Virus record (IMG/VR): IMGVR_UViG_3300013233_000246
Location: 29,126-93,125 of that record
DNA from: a virus
Direction: 5' to 3' (one strand)
Length of the DNA stretch: 64,000 nucleotides
Part shown: piece after piece, positions 21,594 to 31,528 of the stretch
How the letters are laid out: the number at the start of each line of letters is the position of its first letter
How positions within the stretch are numbered: the first letter of the stretch is position 1
Notes under the pieces: generated by a model
Databases searched by the model: none
Seen by the model: the letters and a program-made list of their open reading frames with translations, nothing else
Told to the model about the DNA's origin: nothing
Translations under genes and position numbers: made by a program

Positions 21594-22628
21594 ATGTATA
21601 CAGCAGAAAAATTAAAGAACAAAATAGAAAAAAAACTGATACGCAAAGATGGTAGACTCAATTCACCATTTTTACAAAACGAAGAAGCCAAAAAATTAAT
21701 AAAGGCAGCAAGGGAAATAACTAAAGATTTTTTAGATGATACTGCAACATTTTCACAAGTTTGGTGGCATATAAAAAACGATATTATGTATATACCATTA
21801 TGTGTTGGATGTAATAAAACGGTACCATGGAATAGTAAATATTCAAGATTTTGCACTCAACATTGTGCGGTCACTTCGGAAGAAGCTTCACACAGGATGA
21901 GTAAACAATTTGGGGGAAAGAAACGATCCCAAAAGGATATTTTAGCCGCAGTTGAAGGAAGAAAAGCTTGGACAAAAAAACGTGGTTATTATCATAGTAA
22001 GGAAACAAGGAAAAAATTAAGTTTCGTTAAAATGGGAAAAGATAATCCTATGTTTGGAAAACCTGCGTGGAATCGTGGATTAATTGGAATAGATAACCCT
22101 ACATTTGGTAAAACGAGACCATGTACAGGGATGAAAGGTAAAGACAATCCTCAATATGGTCGGTCCCCATCGCCGAGAGCTGGTAGAGGTATTAGTGGAC
22201 ACTTTAATGGAAATTATTTTAGAAGTAGTTTAGAATTATTGTACTTAATTTATTGGTATGTTAATAATATTGAGATTATTAATGCAGAAACGAAAAGATT
22301 TAGGGTAGAATATATTGGTACGGATGATACTCATCATACTTATTCGCCGGATTTTTACCTATGCGAACAAAACACATTGGTAGAATTAAAACCAGAAAAG
22401 TTGCATACTAATACTGAAGTTATACTTAAATTTAATGCTTTAAAAAATCATCATTCAGATATCAATTGTGAACTAAGAGGATTTAAAGGGATTGCTGGTT
22501 TTATAAGAGATATCATAGAGATGAATAAAATTGAAGATTATAAACAAAATGGTTTATTAAAAATTACAGATAAACAATATGAAAGGTTGAAACGAAATTA
22601 TGGTGACATCATTAGAGCAACTCTTTGA
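21594..22628 (+). mobile_element. free-standing homing endonuclease (NUMOD3-like repeats + PD-(D/E)XK/TnsA-like domain)
   Basis: HSKETRKKLS, GKDNPMFGK repeats; FRSSLE...YSPDF..LVELKP. Confidence 0.8.
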
Positions 22629-23298
22629 ACATTATTCTATAAATGATGAAGATAAAAATCGCATGGCTCATGTATATATGCCAAAACAAAAGGATTTTGT
22701 TTCGTTGGTGCAATATTTTGGCAATGCGAAAATGTTGAAATTAAATTTAAATGAATGGAATAAAAATCATAGATTGATACCATATGGTAATAATATTTAT
22801 GGAATATATGAACAAGCCGGATATGATTTATATGATTCTAGAGGAAACCTAAATAGTACGTTTGAAGGCAATCGCGAAGATTGTGGAAATCCTATCATGA
22901 TTGTTAAATTTAATGTTGAAGTATACAAACAAACAAAGGAAGAGTATAATAGGTTTTGGGAATGGAGGAATAATAGAAATCCAATTAGAATGGCAATGGA
23001 AGAAGAATTTAATTTTGATGGTAAACATGCTATGCATTTAGTTCGGCTGTTAAGAATGGGTGAAGAAGTTCTAACAACCGGTCAGATTATTGTTAAACGT
23101 CCAGATGCAGATGAACTACTTGGTATCCGCAATGGTTCTATGACGTATGAAGAAATTGTTGAATATGCCGAAGACATGGATAATAATATCAAGAAAAATT
23201 TATTGAAAAATACAGATCTTCCAAAAAATGTGAATTTGATTAAAGCATCCAACATTCTAATGAACGCACAAGAAATGGTTTGGAGTAATGATGCCTAA
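22600..23298 (+). CDS. RlaP-like nucleotidyltransferase, C-terminal half
   Basis: NRN..R..EEEFNFDGKHAMHLVRLLRMGEE.L..G....RPDA.ELL.IRNG. Confidence 0.85.
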   Translation: MVTSLEQLFEHYSINDEDKNRMAHVYMPKQKDFVSLVQYFGNAKMLKLNLNEWNKNHRLIPYGNNIYGIYEQAGYDLYDSRGNLNSTFEGNREDCGNPIMIVKFNVEVYKQTKEEYNRFWEWRNNRNPIRMAMEEEFNFDGKHAMHLVRLLRMGEEVLTTGQIIVKRPDADELLGIRNGSMTYEEIVEYAEDMDNNIKKNLLKNTDLPKNVNLIKASNILMNAQEMVWSNDA

Positions 23299-23827
23299 AA
23301 CAAACTCGGATGAGTCAGTACTGAATTTTGGAACTGACAGTCCGTTGTTTACCAAAAAGAAAACCATCAAAAAGAAGGCACCCAAGAAAAAGATCGCAGT
23401 ACCAAAAAAGGCAAGGCGTAAAGTTGACCCATTGGAAAACAGCAGTCCATTGTTTGTGGAAAAGGAACCCCCAAAGAAGCGCGGTCCAAAATCACATGCG
23501 CAGATTGAAGAAGAAGCGATTATTACTGAAAATAAACGTGTTGCTAAAAAGGCAACTGCACGCGCAAAGAAATTACCAAAAAAGAAAGCTAGGGTTTATC
23601 CTAAAGTTACTTCACCAAAAAATTGCAAACACATTCTTCCAGCTTTTAAAAAACAGTTATTGGCACAATGGAAATTATTGGAAGATGGGACATTGGCAGA
23701 ATCTTCTGCTGTTGCTAGTTACATTAATGGTGTAATGGTTGTATGTAAAGAAAAACATCCAAAAGAATATGAAGAATTATATATATTAAAAGCAATAGCA
23801 AAGAAGGTTTATATTGAACGAAGCTGA
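23288..23827 (+). CDS. Lys-rich basic hypothetical protein
   Basis: Coupled ORF; histone-H1-like K/A/P composition. Confidence 0.55.
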   Translation: MMPKTNSDESVLNFGTDSPLFTKKKTIKKKAPKKKIAVPKKARRKVDPLENSSPLFVEKEPPKKRGPKSHAQIEEEAIITENKRVAKKATARAKKLPKKKARVYPKVTSPKNCKHILPAFKKQLLAQWKLLEDGTLAESSAVASYINGVMVVCKEKHPKEYEELYILKAIAKKVYIERS

Positions 23828-24500
23828 AATCAATAATTTAAGAGAATTATATATTCAAGATTTGAGTAAGATAGTCAATTGCGGTGGCAATGATAGACCA
23901 CGAGTACGACATCCTGGAAAATGGGCAAAGTTGGATTCTGTTGTTAATTTGAAAGAAAGTGCAATAACATTGGATGGAAGAAAAGTTTGGTGTTGGTCGG
24001 ATTTGCATTTCTGGCATTGGAACATTCTTGAATTTAGTGAACGTCCATATCCTGATATGTATACAATGCATGAACACTTACTCGCAAATCACAATGAACT
24101 TGTGGGTAAAGATGATATTGTTATTTGGGGTGGTGATATTGGCTTTAAAGGTACAACTATTCTCAATGAAATGTTGTCCGAATATAATGGTTACAAAATC
24201 CTTATTGTTGGTAACCATGATTTTAATGGTAAGAAACTTCGCAAATTGGATTTTGATGAAACACATTTAATTTATACAATTGAAACGCCAGAAATTGGGA
24301 TGGTATTTACACATTATCCGATGTATAATGTACCAGAGGATTGGGTTAACGTACATGGACATTTACATGTGTTCCCCAACCCATTTTCTGATCATCCACG
24401 ACACATCAACATTAATTGTGAAGTGCAAGGATATAAACCAAGACCTTTGGATGAAATAAAAGAACAGGCAAGAATTAAACTTATAGCAGATAATATATAG
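23814..24500 (+). CDS. calcineurin-like metallophosphoesterase
   Basis: SDLH, GD, GNHD, THYP, HGHLH motifs. Confidence 0.9.
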   Translation: MNEAEINNLRELYIQDLSKIVNCGGNDRPRVRHPGKWAKLDSVVNLKESAITLDGRKVWCWSDLHFWHWNILEFSERPYPDMYTMHEHLLANHNELVGKDDIVIWGGDIGFKGTTILNEMLSEYNGYKILIVGNHDFNGKKLRKLDFDETHLIYTIETPEIGMVFTHYPMYNVPEDWVNVHGHLHVFPNPFSDHPRHININCEVQGYKPRPLDEIKEQARIKLIADNI

Positions 24501-24512
24501 GAATGAATAGAC

Positions 24513-25460
24513 ATGGGTAGAAATAATAATATTACCGAATGTGTAGAACAACCGAGTTGTCAATCAGATCGCGAAGAATTTGATGAAGATAAACATACGA
24601 TGTGGATGGCAGCAGACGGCGGACAAAGATTTTATTCTTGTGAGGTATCAATACCACAGATACCAGCTGGTCAATATGATATGGAATATGATCATAGTCG
24701 TGGCGAACCGTATTTTGAAATTAAAGAACCACTCACAGACGACCTTATCATATTACCAGATTCTGCATCAGAAGAAGTCATTGCAGCAGTTGAAGATTTT
24801 TGGACAAAGAAAGATTTGTTCCACAAGTATGGATTTTAACACAAACGCGGCGTTTTGTTATGGGGACCACCAGGTTCAGGCAAAACTTGTACAGTGGAAA
24901 TCATTGCACAGAATATTGTAAATGATGGTGGGGTTGCCATGTATATGAAAGAACCAAGCTTCGCATCTTTTGCACTTGACTCTTTTCGTGAAGTAGAACC
25001 AGAACGACCAATGGTTGTGATGATGGAAGATGTTGATTCTATTATTCATAACTTCGGTGACGCTGCAATATTGAATCTTTTGGATGGTGCCGATCAGATA
25101 GAAAACGTCCTTTTTATTGCTACTACAAACTATCCAGAGAAGTTGGATAAGCGGATTCGTAATAGGCCAAGCAGGTTTGATATTGTAAAGCTTATAGATA
25201 TGCCTTCGGCAGCTGCACGCGAAGAATTCTTGTTGGTTAAAGACTACCATAGATTTGGTGACGGAAATAATTCGCTGGAATTAAAGAAGTGGGTAAAAGA
25301 GACAGAAGGTTTTTCTGTTGCACATCTGAAAGAAGTCATCATTTCTGTTGAAGTGTTCGGCGTATCGTTTGATGCTACGTTAAGACGCTTGAGATTGATG
25401 ATGGATAACACTCCATCTTCAGAAGAGATTTCTAAAGAATTGGGAATGGTAGATAGATAA
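24513..25460 (+). pseudogene. AAA+ ATPase interrupted by in-frame TAA (24837-24839)
   Basis: KYGF*HKRGVLLWGPPGSGKT reads in one frame; Walker B MEDVD; ATTN; RPSRFD. Confidence 0.85.
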
Positions 25461-25481
25461 ATAATATTATGGTAACAAAAA

Positions 25482-25727
25482 ATGAGTAAGCACGATCGTG
25501 GCGCGGTTGCACAAGATGTAGCATATACAGTACATCAAGTGAACACTTTGCCAGAAGATGAAGTAAAGTCCTTGTATGGTATTGAAATTCTTAAAGATGG
25601 TAAAGTGTTTGACCCAACATATAATCAGGAATTTGGTTCAGTTGGTGAATGGGCAGAATTTTGTGCAAACGAAGATATGACGGAATATGATGAACATTTT
25701 TCGTATGATGATGCAGGATATGACTAA
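25482..25727 (+). CDS. acidic hypothetical protein
   Basis: ORF after a GATAAATA late-promoter-like motif. Confidence 0.55.
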   Translation: MSKHDRGAVAQDVAYTVHQVNTLPEDEVKSLYGIEILKDGKVFDPTYNQEFGSVGEWAEFCANEDMTEYDEHFSYDDAGYD

Positions 25728-26257
25728 TGTTAATGGAAGAACTACAACCAGAAGAAAAGAAGCAATATAAAATTTACGTCGATATGGATGGGGTTTTGGC
25801 TGATTTTGAAGCTGGTGTGGACAAAATTTTGGATGGCGGGTATAATGATGATAAGTATCATTCAGATCCTGATTTCAGAAGTAAGATGTGGCGTGCGGTT
25901 GCTAAATATTCTAAAGAAGGTGGTCAACTTTGGTCAGAATTGCCAGCAATGAAAGACGCTAAAGAACTTTGGAGTTATGTCGAAAAATATAATCCGCAGA
26001 TTCTAACAGCAACTGGTGACCCTTTATATGGTGCCGAAGAACAAAAGCGAGTATGGGTTCCATGGATGGTGGGTTCTGACATTGTTGTAAATGTTGTCCG
26101 CCGTTCTGCTGAAAAAGCACAATATGCAACACCAGAAAGTATATTAATAGATGACCAACCAAAATCTATTGAACCTTGGAAAGCCGCTGGTGGTATAGGA
26201 ATACTACACACATCCGCCGCCGATACAATTAATAAATTAAAAGAATTAGGATTATAA
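25727..26257 (+). CDS. HAD 5'(3')-deoxyribonucleotidase (NT5C-like)
   Basis: DMDGVLADF, ILT, K, LIDD, W..AGG.GILH. Confidence 0.88.
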   Translation: MLMEELQPEEKKQYKIYVDMDGVLADFEAGVDKILDGGYNDDKYHSDPDFRSKMWRAVAKYSKEGGQLWSELPAMKDAKELWSYVEKYNPQILTATGDPLYGAEEQKRVWVPWMVGSDIVVNVVRRSAEKAQYATPESILIDDQPKSIEPWKAAGGIGILHTSAADTINKLKELGL

Positions 26258-26258
26258 A

Positions 26259-26630
26259 ATGTATATAGCATATGTTCTTACAGAAGCATCAAAAAATGAA
26301 CTTTTAGAACGTTTTCCACCAAAATATAGTAAAGTAGTAGCACATCATGTGACTATTCAGTTTGGTGTTCCAGAGGGTACAGAACCACCAGAAATGGCTG
26401 ATTTGCGTGTGATTGGTGAAGCGGATAGTGGCGATGGATTACAAGCCCTTGTTGTGTCGGTTAATGGTAGCTATCGTCGTGAAGACGGTAGTACATATCA
26501 CATCACATGGTCTTTGGAACCAGACAAATACAAGCCAGTAGATTCTAATAAATTAGTTAATAATTACGAAAAGCGATGGAAAGTAGTATTGCCCGTGGAT
26601 ATAGAAACTGTCCCAGAGGTTTTAAGTTAA
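26259..26630 (+). CDS. 2H phosphoesterase
   Basis: HHVT and YHIT motifs. Confidence 0.8.
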   Translation: MYIAYVLTEASKNELLERFPPKYSKVVAHHVTIQFGVPEGTEPPEMADLRVIGEADSGDGLQALVVSVNGSYRREDGSTYHITWSLEPDKYKPVDSNKLVNNYEKRWKVVLPVDIETVPEVLS

Positions 26631-27499
26631 GATTTGTTGTGTTGGGTTTTTATAATTTGCCAACCTTTCCATTTCCCCCGCTGAAGTTTTTTACCATGTC
26701 TTTGTGCCCTTAGAAATGTATCAAATGGTGCTTTTAACTCAGCACAGACATCTCTCAGATATCCATTACCAACAAGTTCATTTTCAGGATTAAATACTTT
26801 ACAAAATACTGCTAATGGATTTTTTGCACCAACATTTCTGCTCATTTCCTGCCATGTCTTTTTTCTTTTTTTCATTAATGTGGGGTCTTGAAATGGATGC
26901 TTTCTTTGTTTAAATAAATCTCGTAAATTTTGTTTATGTGCTTCGGTATGAATATGTCCACCAGTTCTAGTTATCCCAGACCTCTTCATTGCTTCTTTGG
27001 ATGGTCTTGGTGGTCTGGTATTGTTTTTAATTGCCAGTTGTCTAAAATATTCGCGTAATTCTGGATGATTTTTATATCTTAGATTCATCCCATCACTTAT
27101 TTTCTTTTTGTGTTCTTCAGATAATGTTTTCCCTGTTCTTTGTGCAGACCACATCAATCTAGTTTTTTCGCAAGGAATCCATCCATAATTACCTTCACCA
27201 CCTTTTGTTAGATTGTATCCACTTTCAGTGATATGCGTGTTGTATTCTTCGATAAAATAATTCTCCATAATATTTAAAGTATGTGCTGCATCCATTGAAC
27301 AATAAATTACTTCAAAACTAAAATTTTCAATACCATATTTTCGTAAAGCTCTGTATATAGGTCTATGTTTTGTTTCTGTAGAATGGATATCTACTATATG
27401 TTTCTCCCAGCGTTTTTCTGGAGGGTTTTGGGATGTATATCCCACATATTGTTTGTTGTTAACCCTATTGACAATTCGGTAAATATAGTGTATAATCAT
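26627..27499 (-). mobile_element. GIY-YIG homing endonuclease (Seg-like)
   Basis: YIYRIVNRVNNKQYVG, RW..H, KYG.ENF, E..FI, GYN.T.GG, NUMOD3-like tail. Confidence 0.88.
27468..27496 (+). promoter_or_regulatory. consensus sigma70 promoter for the RNA ligase gene
   Basis: TTGACA-17-TATAAT. Confidence 0.8.
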
Positions 27500-27538
27500 G
27501 GTACTTTCACTATTAATCGTATCGTTATTACTTTATTT

Positions 27539-28693
27539 ATGAATATTACAACAAACGACTACCAAAAAACCTTATATAGCAATTTGATGAATCTTGTTGA
27601 AGGAAATGAAGCGTTCTTCTTTAATGATTGGGAATTGGGTGGTAATTGGTACAGAAACTTCAATTATTGCTTGGCTTCATATACAGATTTCTGCGCTACG
27701 GACGCGCTAGAATGTCGTGGTATTATGTTTGAAATATCCGAAGGGGGGGGAAATGCTACAATGGTTCGTTTGGCATCTATTGGATTTCCGAAGTTTTTCA
27801 ATGCAGGCGAGAACCCATTTACCATGGATATAGATTTGTCCACTGTAGTTGAACTCGCAGATAAAGCAGATGGAAGTCTCATAACCACTTATATGGACGA
27901 TGGTGTTCTACGAGTTAAGACAAAAGGTTCATTGACTTCCGACCAAGCAATAAATGCTAACGCATTTCTTCGTCTTGATGAAAACGCACAGTTCCGTGCC
28001 GAATTAATTAAAGGCGAACAATTGGGATTTACTATTATTTGTGAATGGGTATCGAGCGCTCATCGCATAGTACTCCCATATTTTAAGCCAGAACTGCGGG
28101 TTCTTGGTGTGCGTTCTCGAGAAGATGGGTCGTTTATTCATTTTGATGATATAGATTGCGAACATTTCCCTGAAACGTTGGATCGTTGGACTAAGATAAT
28201 TGAAACTGATGATACGGAAGCATATATTAAATCTGTTTCTGATATGCAACACATAGAAGGTGTGGTAGCTCGCTTACCATCAGGTCAATATTTCAAAGTT
28301 AAAAGTTTGTGGTATCTCGCTCTCCATCGTACCAAAGATTCTATCACCATCCCACGTCGTTTATTTGAATGTGTGCTGGAAGAAGCATCCGACGACTTAC
28401 GTACATTGTTCCATGATGATGAACTTGCTATCAAGATGATCGAAGACATGGAAGCATTTGTTGAACAGAAGTACAATCACATGGTTGATTCTGTTGAACG
28501 TTTCTATGAACGCAACAAGCATATGGAACGCAAAGAATTTGCTATCCTTGGTCAAGAAGAACTGAACCGTATGTACTTCGGGTTGGCTATGCAACGTTAT
28601 GTAGGTAAGGACGTTGACTATAAAACTTTCTTGAAAGGTAAATGGAAACAACTTGGACTCACGGATGAGAAAACTGATTTTGAAAACGAGTAA
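27539..28693 (+). CDS. rnl1: RNA ligase 1 (T4 Rnl1/gp63-like)
   Basis: ECRGIMF, KFFN..E, motif I KADGSL, KTKGS, EW, EGVV, KVKS.WY..H. Confidence 0.9.
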   Translation: MNITTNDYQKTLYSNLMNLVEGNEAFFFNDWELGGNWYRNFNYCLASYTDFCATDALECRGIMFEISEGGGNATMVRLASIGFPKFFNAGENPFTMDIDLSTVVELADKADGSLITTYMDDGVLRVKTKGSLTSDQAINANAFLRLDENAQFRAELIKGEQLGFTIICEWVSSAHRIVLPYFKPELRVLGVRSREDGSFIHFDDIDCEHFPETLDRWTKIIETDDTEAYIKSVSDMQHIEGVVARLPSGQYFKVKSLWYLALHRTKDSITIPRRLFECVLEEASDDLRTLFHDDELAIKMIEDMEAFVEQKYNHMVDSVERFYERNKHMERKEFAILGQEELNRMYFGLAMQRYVGKDVDYKTFLKGKWKQLGLTDEKTDFENE

Positions 28694-28699
28694 TAAATT

Positions 28700-28990
28700 A
28701 TGAGTATGTCAACATATGTTTACGGGATTGTTCCCGCCGATGAACACTTTAAGAAAATGAAAGACCTCTATGATAAGTGCAAAGAAATGGGTGTTAGTCA
28801 ACCAAAAGAAGTCATGGACTTTTTTGGTGATGACGAGCCGCCCGATGATAGTGGACTTCTTGTTTGGATGGAAGAAGGACAAGACCTTGCGGTAGTTGAA
28901 TATTTTAGTGATGGTCAATCTGGTTTTGAAATTGACATTGCAAAGCTTGATCCAAAGATTAAGAGGCTTCGCTTTGTAAATAGTTGGTGA
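28700..28990 (+). CDS. hypothetical protein
   Basis: ORF in co-oriented run. Confidence 0.55.
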   Translation: MSMSTYVYGIVPADEHFKKMKDLYDKCKEMGVSQPKEVMDFFGDDEPPDDSGLLVWMEEGQDLAVVEYFSDGQSGFEIDIAKLDPKIKRLRFVNSW

Positions 28991-29139
28991 TTTAATATGA
29001 ATATGAAAGTAAAACTGCGTGCAGCAGATGAAACAATAATCGAATTGAAGCGTTCAAGACTAATGTGGAAAAACCTTGCAATTATTTTTGGTTGTGGTAT
29101 AATCGCATTATCAGTAGTATTTTTTGGTAGGTATACATC

Positions 29140-29382
29140 ATGAGTAGAATAGTAGTGACAGTCAGTGGTTTTGCAAATACAGGTAAATCTACAATAGCAT
29201 CTATAATTGTGGATGCACTGGCGAAACATGATATACGTTCATTGTATATCAATCCAGAAGGTGAACCCAAATTACCAAATGAAGTATTGACCGCAGTTCG
29301 ATTAGAAGCTCTTAAGGATAAAGGGTTACAAGTTATTGTTGATGAAAAACAAACACATAGAATGAGTATTAAAGATGAATAA
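29140..29382 (+). CDS. small P-loop-containing protein
   Basis: VTVSGFANTGKST Walker A; only 80 aa. Confidence 0.5.
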   Translation: MSRIVVTVSGFANTGKSTIASIIVDALAKHDIRSLYINPEGEPKLPNEVLTAVRLEALKDKGLQVIVDEKQTHRMSIKDE

Positions 29383-29743
29383 ATTAATAGATGATTACTT
29401 TGCATTACAAAAGAAAGTACACGAAGCATTTGGTTATGTTGAAGATTGGGTTAAGATTCCAATGGAAGATTCCCGTGAATATTTTTGGTTTATAGAGGGT
29501 GATGACGATAACGGTGATGACGATAACGGTGAAGTTTTATTTGCTGAAACTAAGGAAGCCCTTGATGATATTGATTCTGATGATATTGATTCTGGTGACT
29601 ATTATTTAAATGAAATATACACACAGCGATTCCTTTCAAAATGGGTTTATCGTACTGAAGATTTTACTATGATATGCGTTGACACGCATTGTGACGGAAA
29701 CAAATATTTACAAATATTTGACAATGAAAAAGAAATAAAATAA
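29375..29743 (+). CDS. hypothetical protein
   Basis: Coupled ORF containing two short tandem duplications. Confidence 0.6.
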   Translation: MNKLIDDYFALQKKVHEAFGYVEDWVKIPMEDSREYFWFIEGDDDNGDDDNGEVLFAETKEALDDIDSDDIDSGDYYLNEIYTQRFLSKWVYRTEDFTMICVDTHCDGNKYLQIFDNEKEIK

Positions 29744-29752
29744 ATAAAATAA

Positions 29753-30751
29753 ATGAACAGAATAATCACACGTGCACTAATGCGTCACCACAATGATTTC
29801 TTTAAGATGTCAGAAGATGAACAGGACGCATTCAAATTGCAAGATCATGACGAGCTTGATGAAAAAATTTCTGAGTTTGTGAACGAAGAAATTGGTTTTG
29901 ATGAAAAGAAGGATGAATATAATCATAAGAAACTTCTTGAGCGCAATAAAATTATGTTGCATTATCTGGGTATAGGGTCAAATTATTTCATGCTCAATGA
30001 ATTTGGTTGGCGTGAAGAAGTCCTCAAATATAAAAACTTCTACGAATATAATGAAGCTAATCACATCTTCCAAGAAACTTCTTGGGCTGAAGAGTCTTCA
30101 GACTATAAACAAAAAGAATTATTTAATAGACTTTCTGAATGGGCACGCGTAGAAATCGACGGAAAGTTTAATTATCTTAACATCAACAGTTATCAAATTT
30201 GGATTTACTATGCCATAGAAGAATTTGAGATGGATTGGATTGATGATCATATCCCCAATGAATATGTACCTGGGCCAAATAATGGTAAGAAAGCAAAAGG
30301 TGGAACTATTTGGGATATGCGTCCTGATGCCCAAGGCAAAGAAGGTTGGCTTGAACAGATGAGAGACTTTTCACGTAAATGGATTAGTGCATGGTATGAT
30401 AAAGCCATCTATGAACATAAATGGAATGTAGTATTCATCAACGATACATCTGGTAAAGATTTTGATGGCGACCCAAACAAAGAATACATTTTTGGTTCCT
30501 TGGATATTCTAAAGAACGTTGGGTTTAAGACTTTCGTGGATGATTGTGAAAAATTGAAAGGTGATTCTGAGTTGGCATATCAATATAGAGATGGAATCAT
30601 AAAAGAATTGCGAATCGCTCTCGAAGAAAAGTTCATTGAAGTGCAGAAGACTCCACCCAATGTAGTTAAGCTGCGTAAAAAAATGAAAGTATCTGTGGCT
30701 GATGGTGCATTTGATAGTTTAATAGACACTGGTGATGAAGATGGGGATTAG
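29753..30751 (+). CDS. hypothetical protein
   Basis: 332-aa ORF. Confidence 0.65.
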   Translation: MNRIITRALMRHHNDFFKMSEDEQDAFKLQDHDELDEKISEFVNEEIGFDEKKDEYNHKKLLERNKIMLHYLGIGSNYFMLNEFGWREEVLKYKNFYEYNEANHIFQETSWAEESSDYKQKELFNRLSEWARVEIDGKFNYLNINSYQIWIYYAIEEFEMDWIDDHIPNEYVPGPNNGKKAKGGTIWDMRPDAQGKEGWLEQMRDFSRKWISAWYDKAIYEHKWNVVFINDTSGKDFDGDPNKEYIFGSLDILKNVGFKTFVDDCEKLKGDSELAYQYRDGIIKELRIALEEKFIEVQKTPPNVVKLRKKMKVSVADGAFDSLIDTGDEDGD

Positions 30752-31459
30752 GATTAATCGTGTATTGGATTATGGTTTAACCAATGTTGTGGCAAATAAG
30801 GAACGCTGGATTACGGCGATGATCCGCGTTTCAATAAAAATAGTTATCTATTCAATGAATTTGATGAAAAGTATTCTATTGGGGGCTTCATTGAATATTT
30901 GCAGGCACAATTGGAGAAACTCGATGAAGGTGACACGCCTCGTTTTGATTTGCGACTTCTTATACGTGAATTAGAAGACGAGGAAACAAAATACGACTTC
31001 TATAATTCGCTTGTATATGATATGGAAATGGGACTCGACAATGTTATGTGTTTTGTCCCACCGTCACAGGTTCGTGTATGGCACCGATATGACGATACTA
31101 TTGATTATTATGATCCTACAAATCGTTCAGAAGATGGTGGCATGCGGACTTTCATCATGGTAGATAGCGCTTTATATCCATATGACTCATATACAAATAT
31201 TAAAAAAATACCACCTACTACTTTGACTGGTGTTCAACTTTCACATTATTATTCGTTAAAAAATCATGGATTTGATAGGCTGGTTGATCCAGAATCGGCA
31301 TTTAAACACCTTGGGGTTGATAATCTTAATGAATTGAAAAATATGATAATCCCAACAATACCATTAGAACTTGTTGAATTGTTAAAATATCTTGAGATTT
31401 TTGTTGATGAAAGTTGGATTTATCAACTAAGACCCATGATTTACGGTTATTGGGCATAG
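30741..31459 (+). pseudogene. hypothetical gene with frameshift near 30800-30820
   Basis: MGIRINRVLDYG.. frame; the frame of the 30899 ORF is open back to 30800 (DYGDDPRFN...). Confidence 0.55.
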
Positions 31460-31489
31460 ATTCTTTTTGCTTAGTTCATTGCAAACTCT

Positions 31490-31497
31490 TATAAATA
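31490..31497 (+). promoter_or_regulatory. T4-type late promoter TATAAATA
   Basis: Exact T4 late consensus; also at 42642, 43498 and 48387, with (C/G)ATAAATA variants ahead of many other genes. Confidence 0.7.
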
Positions 31498-31528
31498 CAA
31501 GGAAATATGTATAATACGGAGTTCATAG

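Noticed and set aside
21555-22628. Group I intron or intein in the nucleotidyltransferase
   Set aside because: Almost no non-coding flank, no recognisable P7 core, and no intein terminal motifs; not fully excluded without RT-PCR.
29498-29593. Functional repeats (DDDNG x2, DDIDS x2)
   Set aside because: 15-bp in-frame slippage duplications in acidic loops with no evidence of function.
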